Source: Eledone cirrhosa (lineage: Eukaryota). From it: a DNA stretch of 64,000 bases. A program made the translations under genes and the position numbers. Every line of letters begins with the position of its first letter. The stretch's first letter is position 1. The stretch spans positions 68,262,001-68,326,000 of the forward strand of contig OZ024747.1 in NCBI GenBank assembly GCA_964016885.1, written 5' to 3'. Below, one piece after another: positions 36,603 through 48,878 of the stretch. The notes under the pieces were generated by a model that was not told the origin of the DNA, ran no database searches, and saw only the letters and a list, made by a program, of their open reading frames with translations.

Positions 36603-38253
36603 GATGATGATATACACAAATATTTACACAGTAACAAAAAGTAAACAAAAAATTGATCCAGAGAAACAAACATGTGTTGGATTAGCATGTAGCTCATGAC
36701 TATCCCTGGCTAAACCTATATTGGCAGTGACACATTGGTTGTGAGGTTAAGGTGCTTGTTTATTGGTCACATGAACATAGGTTCAAATCTGTCTATCACA
36801 CCTTTCGTTACCATATTTCTAATGAAAGACACCACCTATAGTTTTTTGTAATCATTTTTGAAATAATCAAGAATTAGCTGGTCTTTCTTGGGGATCCAGC
36901 TAGATCAGTTGGAGATTGCTGCTTCTGACAAGACCCACTGGAAGGAGTGTTTGAGAACTCTGTCCCGCACAACCCTCTGAGGAATAAGTAGGCGAAGAAG
37001 AAGAAGAAGAAGAAGAAGAACTAACTTTCTCTTTATTAAGCTGCATCTTTTTTTCTTTTGAACATAACAAAAGTTTTTAATTTAAACACTTTAAACAAAA
37101 CAGCTTTGTATTGTAGAACCACAGCCAGCTGTTGCAGGCAGTTTGGTATCAAAAGGGTTAAATATGTTAACATTAGTTTATCCACTACCTTATCTCAGTT
37201 CATTCAGCTGTTAACAGTCAATCTTACAATATGCAAGCATTCATCCAACTGTAAACGTTTTAATTACACATAATCATTACTCAGTTAGAATTAATTACTG
37301 GGAAATTAACGACCAGAAATATATGCCAATGTGTGATAAATTATCTCTATTCACAAGATTTTTTTTCACTATTTTAAGTGTTTTATTATCATTCGGTTCA
37401 GTTCCATATTATTATTCTAGAGTGTTTTGTGAAAGATGAGAATGGTGAGATTGATTGGTTCTACTGTGACTATGGTTTTTTTAAACAAGAGGAAAGAAAC
37501 TGGGAGAAGGAACTTTCAATGTCTTTGATTTGACAGATTAGTGATGGCAGTAAAATTGACATGGTTGAATGGGCTTACTCTATTGAATGGGCTTACTCTA
37601 TGATTTTCTAAGCAAGAGAAAACAAACCAGAACAGGGCATCTTTAATGCCCTTGATGCATTTGGGGTTTGTGTGAAGTTTTTTCTTGAATTACTCTGAAA
37701 TTTGGGGAACTTTTCCTACTTGACATTTGTTAATGTTTTGTATTGTTATCATTACTATATACTACAATTAGTGTTAATGTTATATCTACAGTTTTTCCTT
37801 TGTTGATGTCCCCTTCTTCTTATTCCCTGTAAACCCAACTCCTTGTTTTTCATCCTTGCAGTAGTAGTAGTAGTAGTAGTATTGTTTGAGGAAAATTATT
37901 AGAACATGGAACGAAAATGCCTTATGGTATTTGTTTTGATTCTTTATGTTTTGAGTTCAAATACACCTTTTCCTCAATATTGCTGGCCTTTTGCCTAAAT
38001 TATAGACAATTATTCAGCCTTATCCTTATTTTCCTTATTATTACGGTGGTGAATTGGCAATATCAGTAGAGCGTCAGACACCATGCTTGTGTCATAGAGT
38101 TATGGCCCTTTATGTAGAAGGTGTTTCCCTAGAGGATAGTGAGGTAGATGTGCTGGAAGAGCCATTCCAACTCATGAGGCTAAACTATTGCTGTTGTTGG
38201 ATCTCTGCTGGTTCCAATAGTGAATGTTCCAGTTTAGTTTGAGTGGATGTAGC

Positions 38254-38952
38254 ACTATCACCACCACCACCACTATCACTGCTATTACCACCACAACCAC
38301 CACCACCACTGTCACCACCACTATCACCACCACCACCACTGTCAGCACCACTATCACCACCACCACCACTATTACCACCACAACCACCACCACCACTATC
38401 ACCACCACCACCACTATTACCACCACAACCACCACCACCACTATCACCACCACTATCACCACCACCACCACTATTACCACCACTACCACAACTATCACCA
38501 CCACTACCACAACTATCACCACCACCACCACCACAACTATCACCACCACCACTGTCACCGCTATTACCACCACAACCACCACCACCACCACAACCACCAC
38601 CACCACCACCACCACAACTACCACAACTATCACCACCACCACCACAACTATCACCACCACCACTGTCACCGCTATTACCACCACAACCACCACCACCACC
38701 ACAACCACCACCACAACCACCACCACAACCACCACCACCACAACTACCACAACTATCACCACCACCACCACAACTATCACCACCACCACTGTCACCGCTA
38801 TTACCACCACAACCACCTCCACCACCACACCCACCACCACCACAACCACCACAACTACCACAACTATCACCACCACCACCACCACTACCACAACTACCAC
38901 CACCTCCACTATCACCACCACTACCACAACTATCACCACCACCACCACCACT
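38254..38952. repeat. Cryptic (ACC)n/(ACCACTATC)n trinucleotide repeat
   Basis: Directly visible. It gives poly-T, poly-P, poly-V and poly-G ORFs in four frames. Confidence 0.95.
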
Positions 38953-39484
38953 GTATATTAACCTTGACCTTTCCATTTTCTATGTCATCTGTCTGGCAAT
39001 ATATTCACTATTTGAGATATGAAGGAGATATGTCTATATTAATAACCATATTAAACAATAATTGTTTCTACTTTAGGCACAAGGCGGGATTTGAACTCAG
39101 ACTGTAAAGGGACGTAACTATGCTAGAAAGCATGGCGTCCAACCCTGCCAATTCACCGCCCTTATTAAACAATAATGTTATTGTTAACATGTCATGTGTC
39201 TGACAACAGCTTTATATTTTGAAAGAAGAAACAAGCCATTATTTCAATGTCAGTTTGCTTCCAAACTGTCTAGTTTCCTAAAATTGCACAAGACCACAAA
39301 TGTTCTCCATAGTTTTTATTATTTTACTGGTTTTACTCATTAGACTGCAGTCATGCTGGGTCACAACCTTGAAATGTTTTAGTCAATTATATCAAACCCT
39401 GTACCTTTTTTATTCAGCCTTTTACTTATTTTATCCATGACTATTAGTTGAAAAACTGAGTTATAATATTTTAACAAATGTAAC

Positions 39485-39745
39485 ATTTTTTTCATGATCA
39501 GAGTTGCTGAAGCATGGAACAAACTACCAGCATCAGTCTTTAGCTGGAACACTGCATCCTTTAAAACCGTCATGCTTCCCAAAATTCCCCCTCCATACAC
39601 AAGCATGCATGTATCTATGTGTATATCATGTCTCATACACCCTTCACTTTACTTTCCTGACATTTGTACATTATTCTATGTACTATACATGCACCTTTGA
39701 TGAGTTGTAGTGCACCTGAGCACTGTACAGAATAATTTTATTCTT
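39485..39745 (+). mobile_element. CR1-like LINE 3' fragment
   Basis: FFMIRVAEAWNKLPASV...ASFK matches the CR1 ORF2 terminal motif FF..RV...WN.LP. Confidence 0.7.
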
Positions 39746-40103
39746 ATTTAAACACACACACATGTATGTATATATTCATATATTCTCCTCTAAATGCAAG
39801 CACATATACACACATATGTATTGTATGTGTAGGCGAGGTAGGTTTAAATATTTATTATGAAATATAAAAAATAAATGATTTCCAAATACTCATTATTTAA
39901 AATAATATTGTCATGCATGAAAAAGTATAATTTAAAAAGTAAATAAAATGTTTCTACAGACACAAGGCCAACTGCTTTTAAACCTCTCTCTCTCTATATA
40001 TATATATATCATCATTGTTTAATGCCCATATATGTATATATATATACATGTATATATATATACATATATATATATGTGTGTGTTGTATATGGGCGTTAAA
40101 CAA

Positions 40104-40178
<75 letters not shown>

Positions 40179-40525
40179 TGTATATATATATATCTTTGCT
40201 AGGTGGGAAAAATGACAATGTTAAAAGGACAATGATGATGATACATATATATGATATATACAAGTAAATGGGGCAACATAAGTTCAACTACAAAATGTAT
40301 TAAATATTTTGTTGTTATATTTATTATACTTTTATGTATAATTGATGGAGCAGTACTGTGGATAATTATGACAATAGCATTGAACATATTTCATTTTTGG
40401 AGTCTAGCATTGGTATCGATAACGATCTACCTATGTATCTATCTAGGCAATGAAAACAACATCTATGCATAAAAACATCTATCTATACACACACATATGT
40501 AGCTGTCTATCTATCTATCTTTTAA

Positions 40526-41144
40526 GCCGATCTGTGGGGCTATGTCGAACAACTGCTGTCAAGGGTGGGACCGATCCGGTTGACCACCGAGTCTATTGTA
40601 ATGATCAAGCCGCCTCCCCCCTTCAAAGATGGAGCAGAGGCGGTGTTTCTGTGCGTAATAGCCATGGCGAAAGAGGTTGTATGGTGGACGCGTCTGAAAG
40701 GACTGAGGTCAGGCACCTTTCTCTCTGGCCAACAACTGGTCCGTTTCTTCCGATATCATTTCGGAAGAAGGATCAGGATGGAGAGAGAGATGCTCCACCC
40801 CAGTCGTTTTTATGAAAGGTGGGTGAAAGTGGCGAGAATGGCCCGTGTGAATGGGCCTTCTCTTTACATAAGCCTGTAGGTGGAAAAGAGGAAGGAACGA
40901 GGGAGCACCCCCTCTCTGTGCTCCTGGGGAAAAGGGTTGCACACTTTTTTCGGGGGTGTGTGCGACCCCCCCAAGGCGCCTCCTCTCTATTGAGGATTTT
41001 GTTATAAATTTTATTTTTTGTTATATCTTATTTTATTTTTATATTTTGTTATTGCCTCCTCCTTATTGAGGACGCCTTTTTGTGTAAACTCCCCCCTTTG
41101 TACTTGTCCCACTTTTGATGCCCTGGTGGCAAATAAAAGAAACA
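40526..41144 (+). mobile_element. Tx1/L1 LINE 3' end, same subfamily as 438-2128
   Basis: Near-identical reverse complement of about 438-1054. A 10-bp target duplication tatcttttaa sits at 40516-40525 and 41145-41154. Confidence 0.92.
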
Positions 41145-41149
41145 TATCT

Positions 41150-41942
41150 TTTAAATACCACTTTGGAAGAAGAATCAGGATGGAGAGAGAGGTGCTGTAC
41201 CCCAGCAAGTTTTATGAAAGGTGGGTGAAAGTGGCGAGAATGGCCCGAGTGAATGGGCCTTCTCTCTATATCAGTCTGTAGGTTGAGGAGGAGGAGGAAG
41301 AGAGTGCTCACTCCACGTACTCCTGGAGATGAGGGTTGCACATTTTTTTTCGGGAATATGTGTCACCTATAGTTAATGTCTCCCCCCTATTGGGGAATAT
41401 GTGTCACCTATAGTTAATGTCTCCCCCCTATTGGGGAATATGTGTCACCTATAGTTAATGTCTCCCCCCTATTGGGGAATATGTGTCACCTATAGTTAAT
41501 GTCTCCCCCCTATTGGGGAATATGTGTCACCTATAGTTAATGTCTCCCCCCTATTGGGGAATATGTGTCACCTATAGTTAATGTCTCCCCCCTATTGGGG
41601 AATATGTGTCACCTATAGTTAATGTCTCCCCCCTATTGGGGAATATGTGTCACCTATAGTTAATGTCTCCCCCCTATTGGGGAATATGTGTCACCTATAG
41701 TTAATGTCTCCCCCCTATTGGGGAATATGTGTCACCTATAGTTAATGTCTCCCCCCTATTGGGGAATATGTGTCACCTATAGTTAATGTCTCCCCCTATA
41801 GTTAATGTCTCCCCCCTATTGGGGAAAATCGAATGTTTTTCTTTAATTTTCATGTGATATTGTTTTACACGTTTTTATTGAATGTAAACTTCCCCCATTG
41901 TACTTGTCCCCTTCTTTTGTGCCCTTGTGGCTAATAAAGAAA
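41150..41942 (+). mobile_element. Second, diverged Tx1/L1 3' end with a minisatellite in its 3' UTR
   Basis: FKYHFGRRIRMEREVLYPSKFYERWVKVARMARVNGPSLYISL*, and 3' end tgtacttgtccc...gtggctaataaagaaa followed by (TATC)n. Confidence 0.88.
41352..41826. repeat. 41-bp perfect tandem repeat, about 11 copies
   Basis: Unit gggaatatgtgtcacctatagttaatgtctcccccctattg. The last unit has an internal partial duplication. Confidence 0.97.
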
Positions 41943-43080
41943 TATATCTATCTACTTACCTAACTGTCTATCTATCAGCCTACCTACCTGTCTATATATT
42001 TATTTGTCTGTTTGTATAGCTATCTGTCTGTTCATCTCTCTGTATATGAGATTATATATATAATCTGTATCTACCTATCTTTCTCTCAATTTCTCTACCT
42101 TTCTATCTATCTATCTATCTATCTACCTACATATCTCTGTCTACCTACCTACCTCCCTACCCCCCCCCCTCTCTATCTATTTGGCCCTCCATCTGTTTAC
42201 GCACTGTCAATCTATAGTTATCTATTTATGTTTATTTACTAAAGTATCTAGTTTCAGACAAGGAGAACAATAACAACATTTAAGCAAGAACTTTAATAGC
42301 AATCTGAAGTTAACTAGCTAGATAATGAATAGAGAAACAGAGAGGCTAATACAGTCATTGTAATTTAGCGCAGATATGTTTGATAATGATTAAAGACAAT
42401 ATGGAAGAAAATTATTGCAATTGAATTAAATGAATGTAGAATACAGCAATGGCTGAAGTGACAAGAGGGAGAAGTGCAAGCATCGAGGATTCAACTATCT
42501 TTACATAGAATATCTTAATCAAAGAATTATTAAATTAAATATTTTTACAATATACACTTCTTTTTTGAAAGGTACTATGCTAGTACACACACACATGCAT
42601 ATATACACACCTGTGTGTATATATATGCATATATATGGATACATTATATATATATATATATGGATACATTATATATATATATATATGGATACATTATATA
42701 TATATATATATAATGGTAAGAGGTTTAATAAGGTGAAGTGGTTGGTGGCGGGGACACAGATGTACTCTTGCCATATTCCTTCACACACATAGAGGTAAAT
42801 ACACACACTAATAACCACTCAGCTCTCGCACATACATTCACGCACACACACACACATATATATATATCCATATGTATGTATGTATGTATATATATATATA
42901 TGTGTTTGTGTGTGTATATATATATATATATATGTGTGTATATATATATATATGTGTGTATATATATATATGTGTGTATATATATATATGTGTGTATATA
43001 TATATGCGTGTATATATATATATGCGTGTATATATATATGCGTGTATATATATGTGTGTATATATATATATATATGTCTG

Positions 43081-43129
<49 letters not shown>

Positions 43130-43168
43130 GTATATATATATGTATGTATATATGTATATATATATATG

Positions 43169-43527
43169 ATAAATCATGTCTTTAGAATTATTAGATAAAA
43201 TATATACCGTTTCTTCTTGCAATTAGCATAATTAACCATATAAAAAATCAATTAGACCAAGCTATAAGAGGAAAGGCTCTTATGAAGAAATCTATTTTGG
43301 GGCCACCGCGAAGAGGCCACTTTCGGTTATTTGTCGAAGATTTCTTCATAAGAGCATTTCCTCTTATAGCTTGGTCTAATTGATTTTTTATATGGTTAAT
43401 TATGCTAATTGCAAGAAGAAACGGTATATATTTTATCTAATGATTCTAAAGACATGATTTATGATATATTGCTCTGATTATTTAATTTATTAATTCTTCA
43501 TAGAGCTTAAAAGTGACCGGTTGCAGC
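43169..43527. repeat. 125-bp inverted repeat with 44-bp spacer and a one-sided tail (PLE-type inverted end or MITE)
   Basis: 43169-43293 is the reverse complement of 43338-43462 with 2 mismatches. It is flanked by TA repeats. Confidence 0.85.
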
Positions 43528-43638
43528 ATATATATCTATAACTTTATATATGTATATGTAAACCTTTATATATATGTGTGTATATATACATATATACCTT
43601 TATATATATGTGTGTATATATACATACATATACATATA

Positions 43639-44382
43639 TGTATGATGCGTGTATCCGAACAGCGATGTTGCATGGTAGTGAGACCTGGGCGCTGAAGGTG
43701 GAAGACTTACGTAGATTAGAGAGAAACGAAGCCTGCATGCTCCGATGGATGTGTAACAGTAATATACGTGAACGACAAAGCATAAAGGAATTGAGAGAGA
43801 GACTGAGCATAAGAGGAATCAAATGCTGCGTGCAGGAGAGGCGGTTACGCTGGTATGGACATGTGATGCGTATGAAGGATGACAGCTGCATAAAAAGGTG
43901 CAGAGCACTAGAAGTTGATGGAAACCGCGGAGTGGGGAAACCCAAGATGACTTGGGATGAGGTGATAAAAGCCGACCTTACCCAACTACACCTCTCAAAG
44001 GCAATGACACACGACCGTGACTTCTGGCGTCACGCAGTAATACAGGGTACCCTACCTCCCATGGGTACATGCTGAAGCATATAAACAATATGCCCCCACT
44101 CCCCCCACCGCAAGGTGGTCGTGGAGGTGCCACGGCAAAAAAAGCACCCAGCCCACACTGTAAAGTGGACGTGTAGGCGCCACGAAAAAGCACCCAGCAC
44201 TCACTGTAAATGAGGTTGGTGTTAGGAAGGGCATCCAGCTGTAGAAATCAAGCCAGATCAGTTCCTGTATGAGCAAGGCATGGTCAGCCGACCAGACACT
44301 GCCCACAACAGGACAACACATCTAACCCATGCTAGCGTGGAAGAACGGACGTAAAACGGTGATGATGATGATGATGATGATG
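43639..44382 (+). mobile_element. RTE LINE 3' fragment
   Basis: YDACIRTAMLHGSETW...RRLRWYGHVMRM...TWDEVIKADL and a (GAT)n tail. Confidence 0.92.
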
Positions 44383-44509
44383 TATATATACATATATATA
44401 TGTATATATACATATATATATGTCCCACCCTTGGAAGCATGGAAAAGCGGTCGTAAAATGATGATGACGATAATATATATATATACATAAATGTATATAT
44501 ACACATATA

Positions 44510-45633
44510 TATCATCATCATCATCATCATCACCGTTTTACGTCCGTTCTTCCACGCTAGCATGGGTTAGACGGGTTGTCCTGTTGTGGGCAGTGTCTGG
44601 TCGGCTGACCATGCCTTGCTCATACAGGAACTGATCTGGCTTGATTTCTACAGCTGGATGCCCTTCCTAACACCAACCTCATTTACAGTGAGTGCTGGGT
44701 GCTTTTTCGTGGCGCCTACACGTCCACTTTACAGTGTGGGCTGGGTGCTTTTTTGCCGTGGCACCTCCACGACCACCTTGCGGTGGGGGGGGGGGGGGCA
44801 TATTGTTTATATGCTTCAGCATGTACCCATGGGAGGTCGGGTACCCTGTATTACTGCGTGACGCCAGAAGTCACGGTCGTGTGTCATTGACTTTGAGAGG
44901 TGTAGTTGGGTAAGGTCGGCTTTTATCACCTCATCCCAAGTCATCTTGGGTCTCCCCACTCCGCGGTTTCCATCAACTTCTAGTGCTCTGCACCTTTTTA
45001 TGCAGCTGTCATCCTTCATACGCATCACATGTCCATACCAGCGTAACCGCCTCTCCTGCACGCAGCATTTGATTCCTCTTATGCTCAGTCTCTCTCTCAA
45101 TTCATTTATGCTTTGTCGTTCACGTATATTACTGTTACACATCCATCGGAGCATGCAGGCTTCGTTTCTCTCTAATCTACGTAAGTCTTCCACCTTCAGC
45201 GCCCAGGTCTCACTACCATGCAACATCGCTGTTCGGATACACGCATCATACAGTCTGCCTTTCATTCTGAGGGAGAAGCCTTTTGCAGCTAGCAGTGGTA
45301 GTAGTTCCCTAAACTTCTTCCATCCCGTTCTTACCCTAGTTATTGTACTTTCTGAGCACCCACCTCCGTTGCTAATTCGGTCACCTAGGTAGCAGAAGCT
45401 GTCTACTGTTTCTACAGGGCCCTCCCAGAGATTGGTGGTACTTGTTTCCTGTGGCTGCTTGCTTGCTGTTTCAGCACAGCTGCTGCATGTGAATCCTACA
45501 TTCTTAATTAAGCTTCCTGAGATCCCGCTACATCTCTTGTGTACCCATTGTTTGCATTTGGGGCAAAGAATGGAGTTCCTACCTACACCTTTCCTACATA
45601 CTGAGCAAGGCCATTTCCCTGAGGGGATCTGGG
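44510..45633 (-). mobile_element. RTE LINE 3' fragment including an in-frame PHD finger
   Basis: Uninterrupted frame 45631 to 44816: QIPSGKWPCSVCRKGVGRNSILCPKCKQWVHKRCSGISGSLIKNVGFTCSSC...VDSFCYLGD...GWKKF...LHGSETW...RRLRWYGH. Confidence 0.92.
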
Positions 45634-45683
45634 TTATGTGTGTGTGTGTGTGTGTGTGTGTATATACATATATACATATGTGA

Positions 45684-45820
45684 AGGCGTATGGCTGAGTA
45701 GTTAGAGAATTGGAGATTCGCAATCGTGAGGTTGTGAGTTCAATTGCTGGACCGGGAAATGCGTAATGTCCTTGAGCAAGACACTTTATTTCACGTTGCC
45801 CCTTCTACCTGGAGTTGCAA
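45684..45820 (+). mobile_element. SINE family 2 copy
   Basis: ggcgtatggctgagtagttaga...gagttcaatt...tgtccttgagcaagacacttt. Confidence 0.78.
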
Positions 45821-45908
45821 AACATTTTGAAGACCATATGCTATTGTTTTAAATTTGTGACAATGTCACTACTTTAAAACAATTGTGTAAGGTCTTCAAA
45901 ATGCTTTT
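45819..45908. repeat. Imperfect 90-bp palindrome
   Basis: cattttgaagacc/ggtcttcaaaatg, attgttttaaa/tttaaaacaat and gtgaca/tgtcac nested around 45863. Confidence 0.75.
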
Positions 45909-45936
45909 AATTAAGCATACAGTGTATTGCAAAATA

Positions 45937-46008
<72 letters not shown>

Positions 46009-47344
46009 GAGTGTGTATAATATGGCGTGAGTGTGTATAATATGGCGTGAATGCATATCTGCAAAACAGTAAGCGTAGTGTTGTCACACACACACAGACA
46101 CACACACTCTCTTACAAACACACACATACACATGCATATATATATATACACCCTTTCATGCACACATATCCCCCCACATATACACATACATATATAAATG
46201 ATATGACGATTGCATAATTGATTTTAACAATCAATTAACGAGATCAGAACACCTGGGGATTGTTGTAACATGTCACAGGTGAATTCCCAGGTGGGAATAT
46301 TTATGGAATAATGCATCATTTGTACATAAATATAGGATTACATGTCTATGAGCTTTAGCTAGTTTTTGGTGATTACAATTTGGAACTAAGAATTGCATGT
46401 GTGCAACAATATCTAGGTTTCTGCAACAAAATAAATAAAATGTTTAAATTAAATCGAAATTAAATATATATTTATATTAATATTATTTCAGTTTAATAAA
46501 TAGAATTAATTAATAATATATAATATATAAGCGGAAAATCCCCCACGGTGCACGTGAACATGTGTGCTTTATATATATATATATATATTATATATATAAT
46601 GATGATGATATATATATATATATTATATTATATATAATGATAATGATGATATATATATATATATACACACATTCAAAATCATGTGCTTGCATGCAATGTT
46701 CCTGTGTATCACCAACAACATCACATTTGAACATTTATCAAAATGGTTCATAAACAGTTTCAGAAAAATAACATCATGATAACAGAAATAGAAAGATGAT
46801 ATCCTTCGTTTGTCCTGTAACTCTAAAGTCATAGGGGTGCCATAGTGATATACAGCATTTCTAGAGCATTTGAAGTCTGCTGGAGCCCATCCCTCTCCAG
46901 GCCTGAGTACAGCAGATTTCTTCCAGAGAAAGATAGAAAGTGAGAGAGGAAGTGAGAAAAAGATATAGAGGAAGAATTGTCCCCAATACTACACTGGTAC
47001 TTTCTTTTATCAACCTTGAAAAGATGAAAGGTAATGCTGACCTCAGCAAGATTTGAATTCAAAGAGCAGAGAGCCAGAACGAATACTGCAAAGCATTCAA
47101 TCCAATGTTCTAATGACTGCCAATATGCTGACTGAAAGACGATATAAATAAAGGCAAAGCTGACCAATGAAAAAGTAGAAAAACCAGTTAATTGGCAAAT
47201 GAAACAACAACTATAGACAGTACCACAATAAAACAACATTAGAGATAAGCCAATGAAATGTGCCAATGAAAAGGATAGTTCTAGACAGAAGAAGTTATCC
47301 ATTTCAGTGTATATAAAACCAGGTTGAATGATGAAGGGAGATAA

Positions 47345-47395
47345 TTCTTGCCTGATGATCTCACTGGCATGAAACTCATGATGGGAGTAGAAGAA
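47345..47395 (+). ncRNA. Degenerate type I hammerhead (family F) behind CCAAT/TATA motifs
   Basis: ttcttgc CTGATGA tctcactggcat GAAA ctc atgatgg gag TA gaagaa, with a weak stem II. Three ccaatgaaa and one tatataaaa lie upstream. Confidence 0.5.
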
Positions 47396-48878
47396 TCCAG
47401 TTTAACCCAAACAGTTTGAAACTGCCAATTGTTCTATGATAAAAAGCTGTTTGTTTTAAAGTATGTATATTTACCTAAAAACCATCCATCATCATTTTAT
47501 GTAAAAACCTTTGTTAAATTATGAGATATAGATATTGTTAGATCTATTAAAATTCTTGATTATTTTCAAAATTATTTGAAATTCATAAGCATGGTGACAA
47601 ATTGATTGAATAAACAATATACTCTACAATGTGTATTGAGTTCTCTCTTTGTTTTACATTAACAATCTTTAGCATTTGAATGTGTGTGTGTATATATATA
47701 CCTCATGATTGCAACCTCATGATTGCAAATCCAATTCTCTAATATATATATATATAAATGTGTGTTGAGTGGTTAGAGAATTGAATTTGCAATCATGAGG
47801 TTGTGAGTTCAATTCCCAGACTGGGCGATGCATTATGTCCTTGGGCAAGACACTTTATTTCACTTTGCTCCTTCTACCTGGAGTTGCAACCGATAGACAG
47901 TATTAGTAATTAGAAAGACCAATGGAAACACCGTTTCCTTGGTCCGATTTGACGAAAATTTGATCGACTGTCAATAGATATGTGTGTGTATGTATAAGCA
48001 TATACTCAAATATACATTTGCAAAATATACACACATACACTAAAAGTAAATGGAAACAACACAGTACAATGAAGAAATATATTAGTTTAACACTCGATAT
48101 AGTAGGAAAACAATCTTTATGTTTCAGAGAGAGGGTAGAGGGGAGAGAGATAGGAGGAGTAGTAGGAAATAGAAGAGAGAAGGGAGTGAGAAAGAGAGAG
48201 AAAGAGATGATGAGTAGGAAAGGGAGAGAGTGGGAGTAGGAAAGAGAGAGAGGATGAGTAGGAGAGAGAGAGAGGGGATGAGTAGGAGAGAGAGAGAGAG
48301 GATGAGTAGGAGAGAGAGAGAGGATGAGTAGGAGAGAGAGAGAGAGAGAGGATGAAGAGTATGAAGGAGAGAGGGGGAATAGGAGAAAGCAGTGGACCCT
48401 ACCAAGTCCTTATTACAGACAAACCTTATACAACATTTTCTGTTCATTAACCATTAACAAAATCTCAAAAACAAAGTATGTTTATTTGTTTATTTATTTG
48501 TTGTATATGTATATATGTACATATGTATGGTGCAAATGAGGTTGTATGTATGTATGTGTGAATGTGTGTGTGAGTATGTGTGTATGTATGTGTGTATGTG
48601 TGTACATATTTGTGTGTGTATTTATGTATGTGTGTATATGTGTGTATGTGTGTATGTGTGCATGTATGTATGTTTGTATATACATATGTATGTGTGTATG
48701 TATGTATGTGTATGTGTGTATGTATGAATGCATATATGTATGTGTGTGTATATGTATGTATGTGTGTATGTATGTATATATGTATGTATGTGTATGTGTG
48801 TATATATGTATGTATGTGTGTATAGAAGAAAAGTGAGAACACCTACATTCCTGACTCCAATACTTCTCAAATCTTAGT

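Noticed and set aside
38172-39022. Gly/Ser/Cys loricrin-like or poly-Thr ORFs
   Set aside because: The (ACC)n cryptic repeat is open in four frames and there is no independent gene signal.
41352-41826. CRISPR-like appearance of the 41-bp repeat
   Set aside because: Units are contiguous with no spacers, lie inside a LINE UTR in a eukaryotic context, and there are no cas genes.
46690-46925. Possible minus-strand exon after a pyrimidine tract
   Set aside because: All three frames give unrecognisable peptides and the acceptor is weak (AAG).
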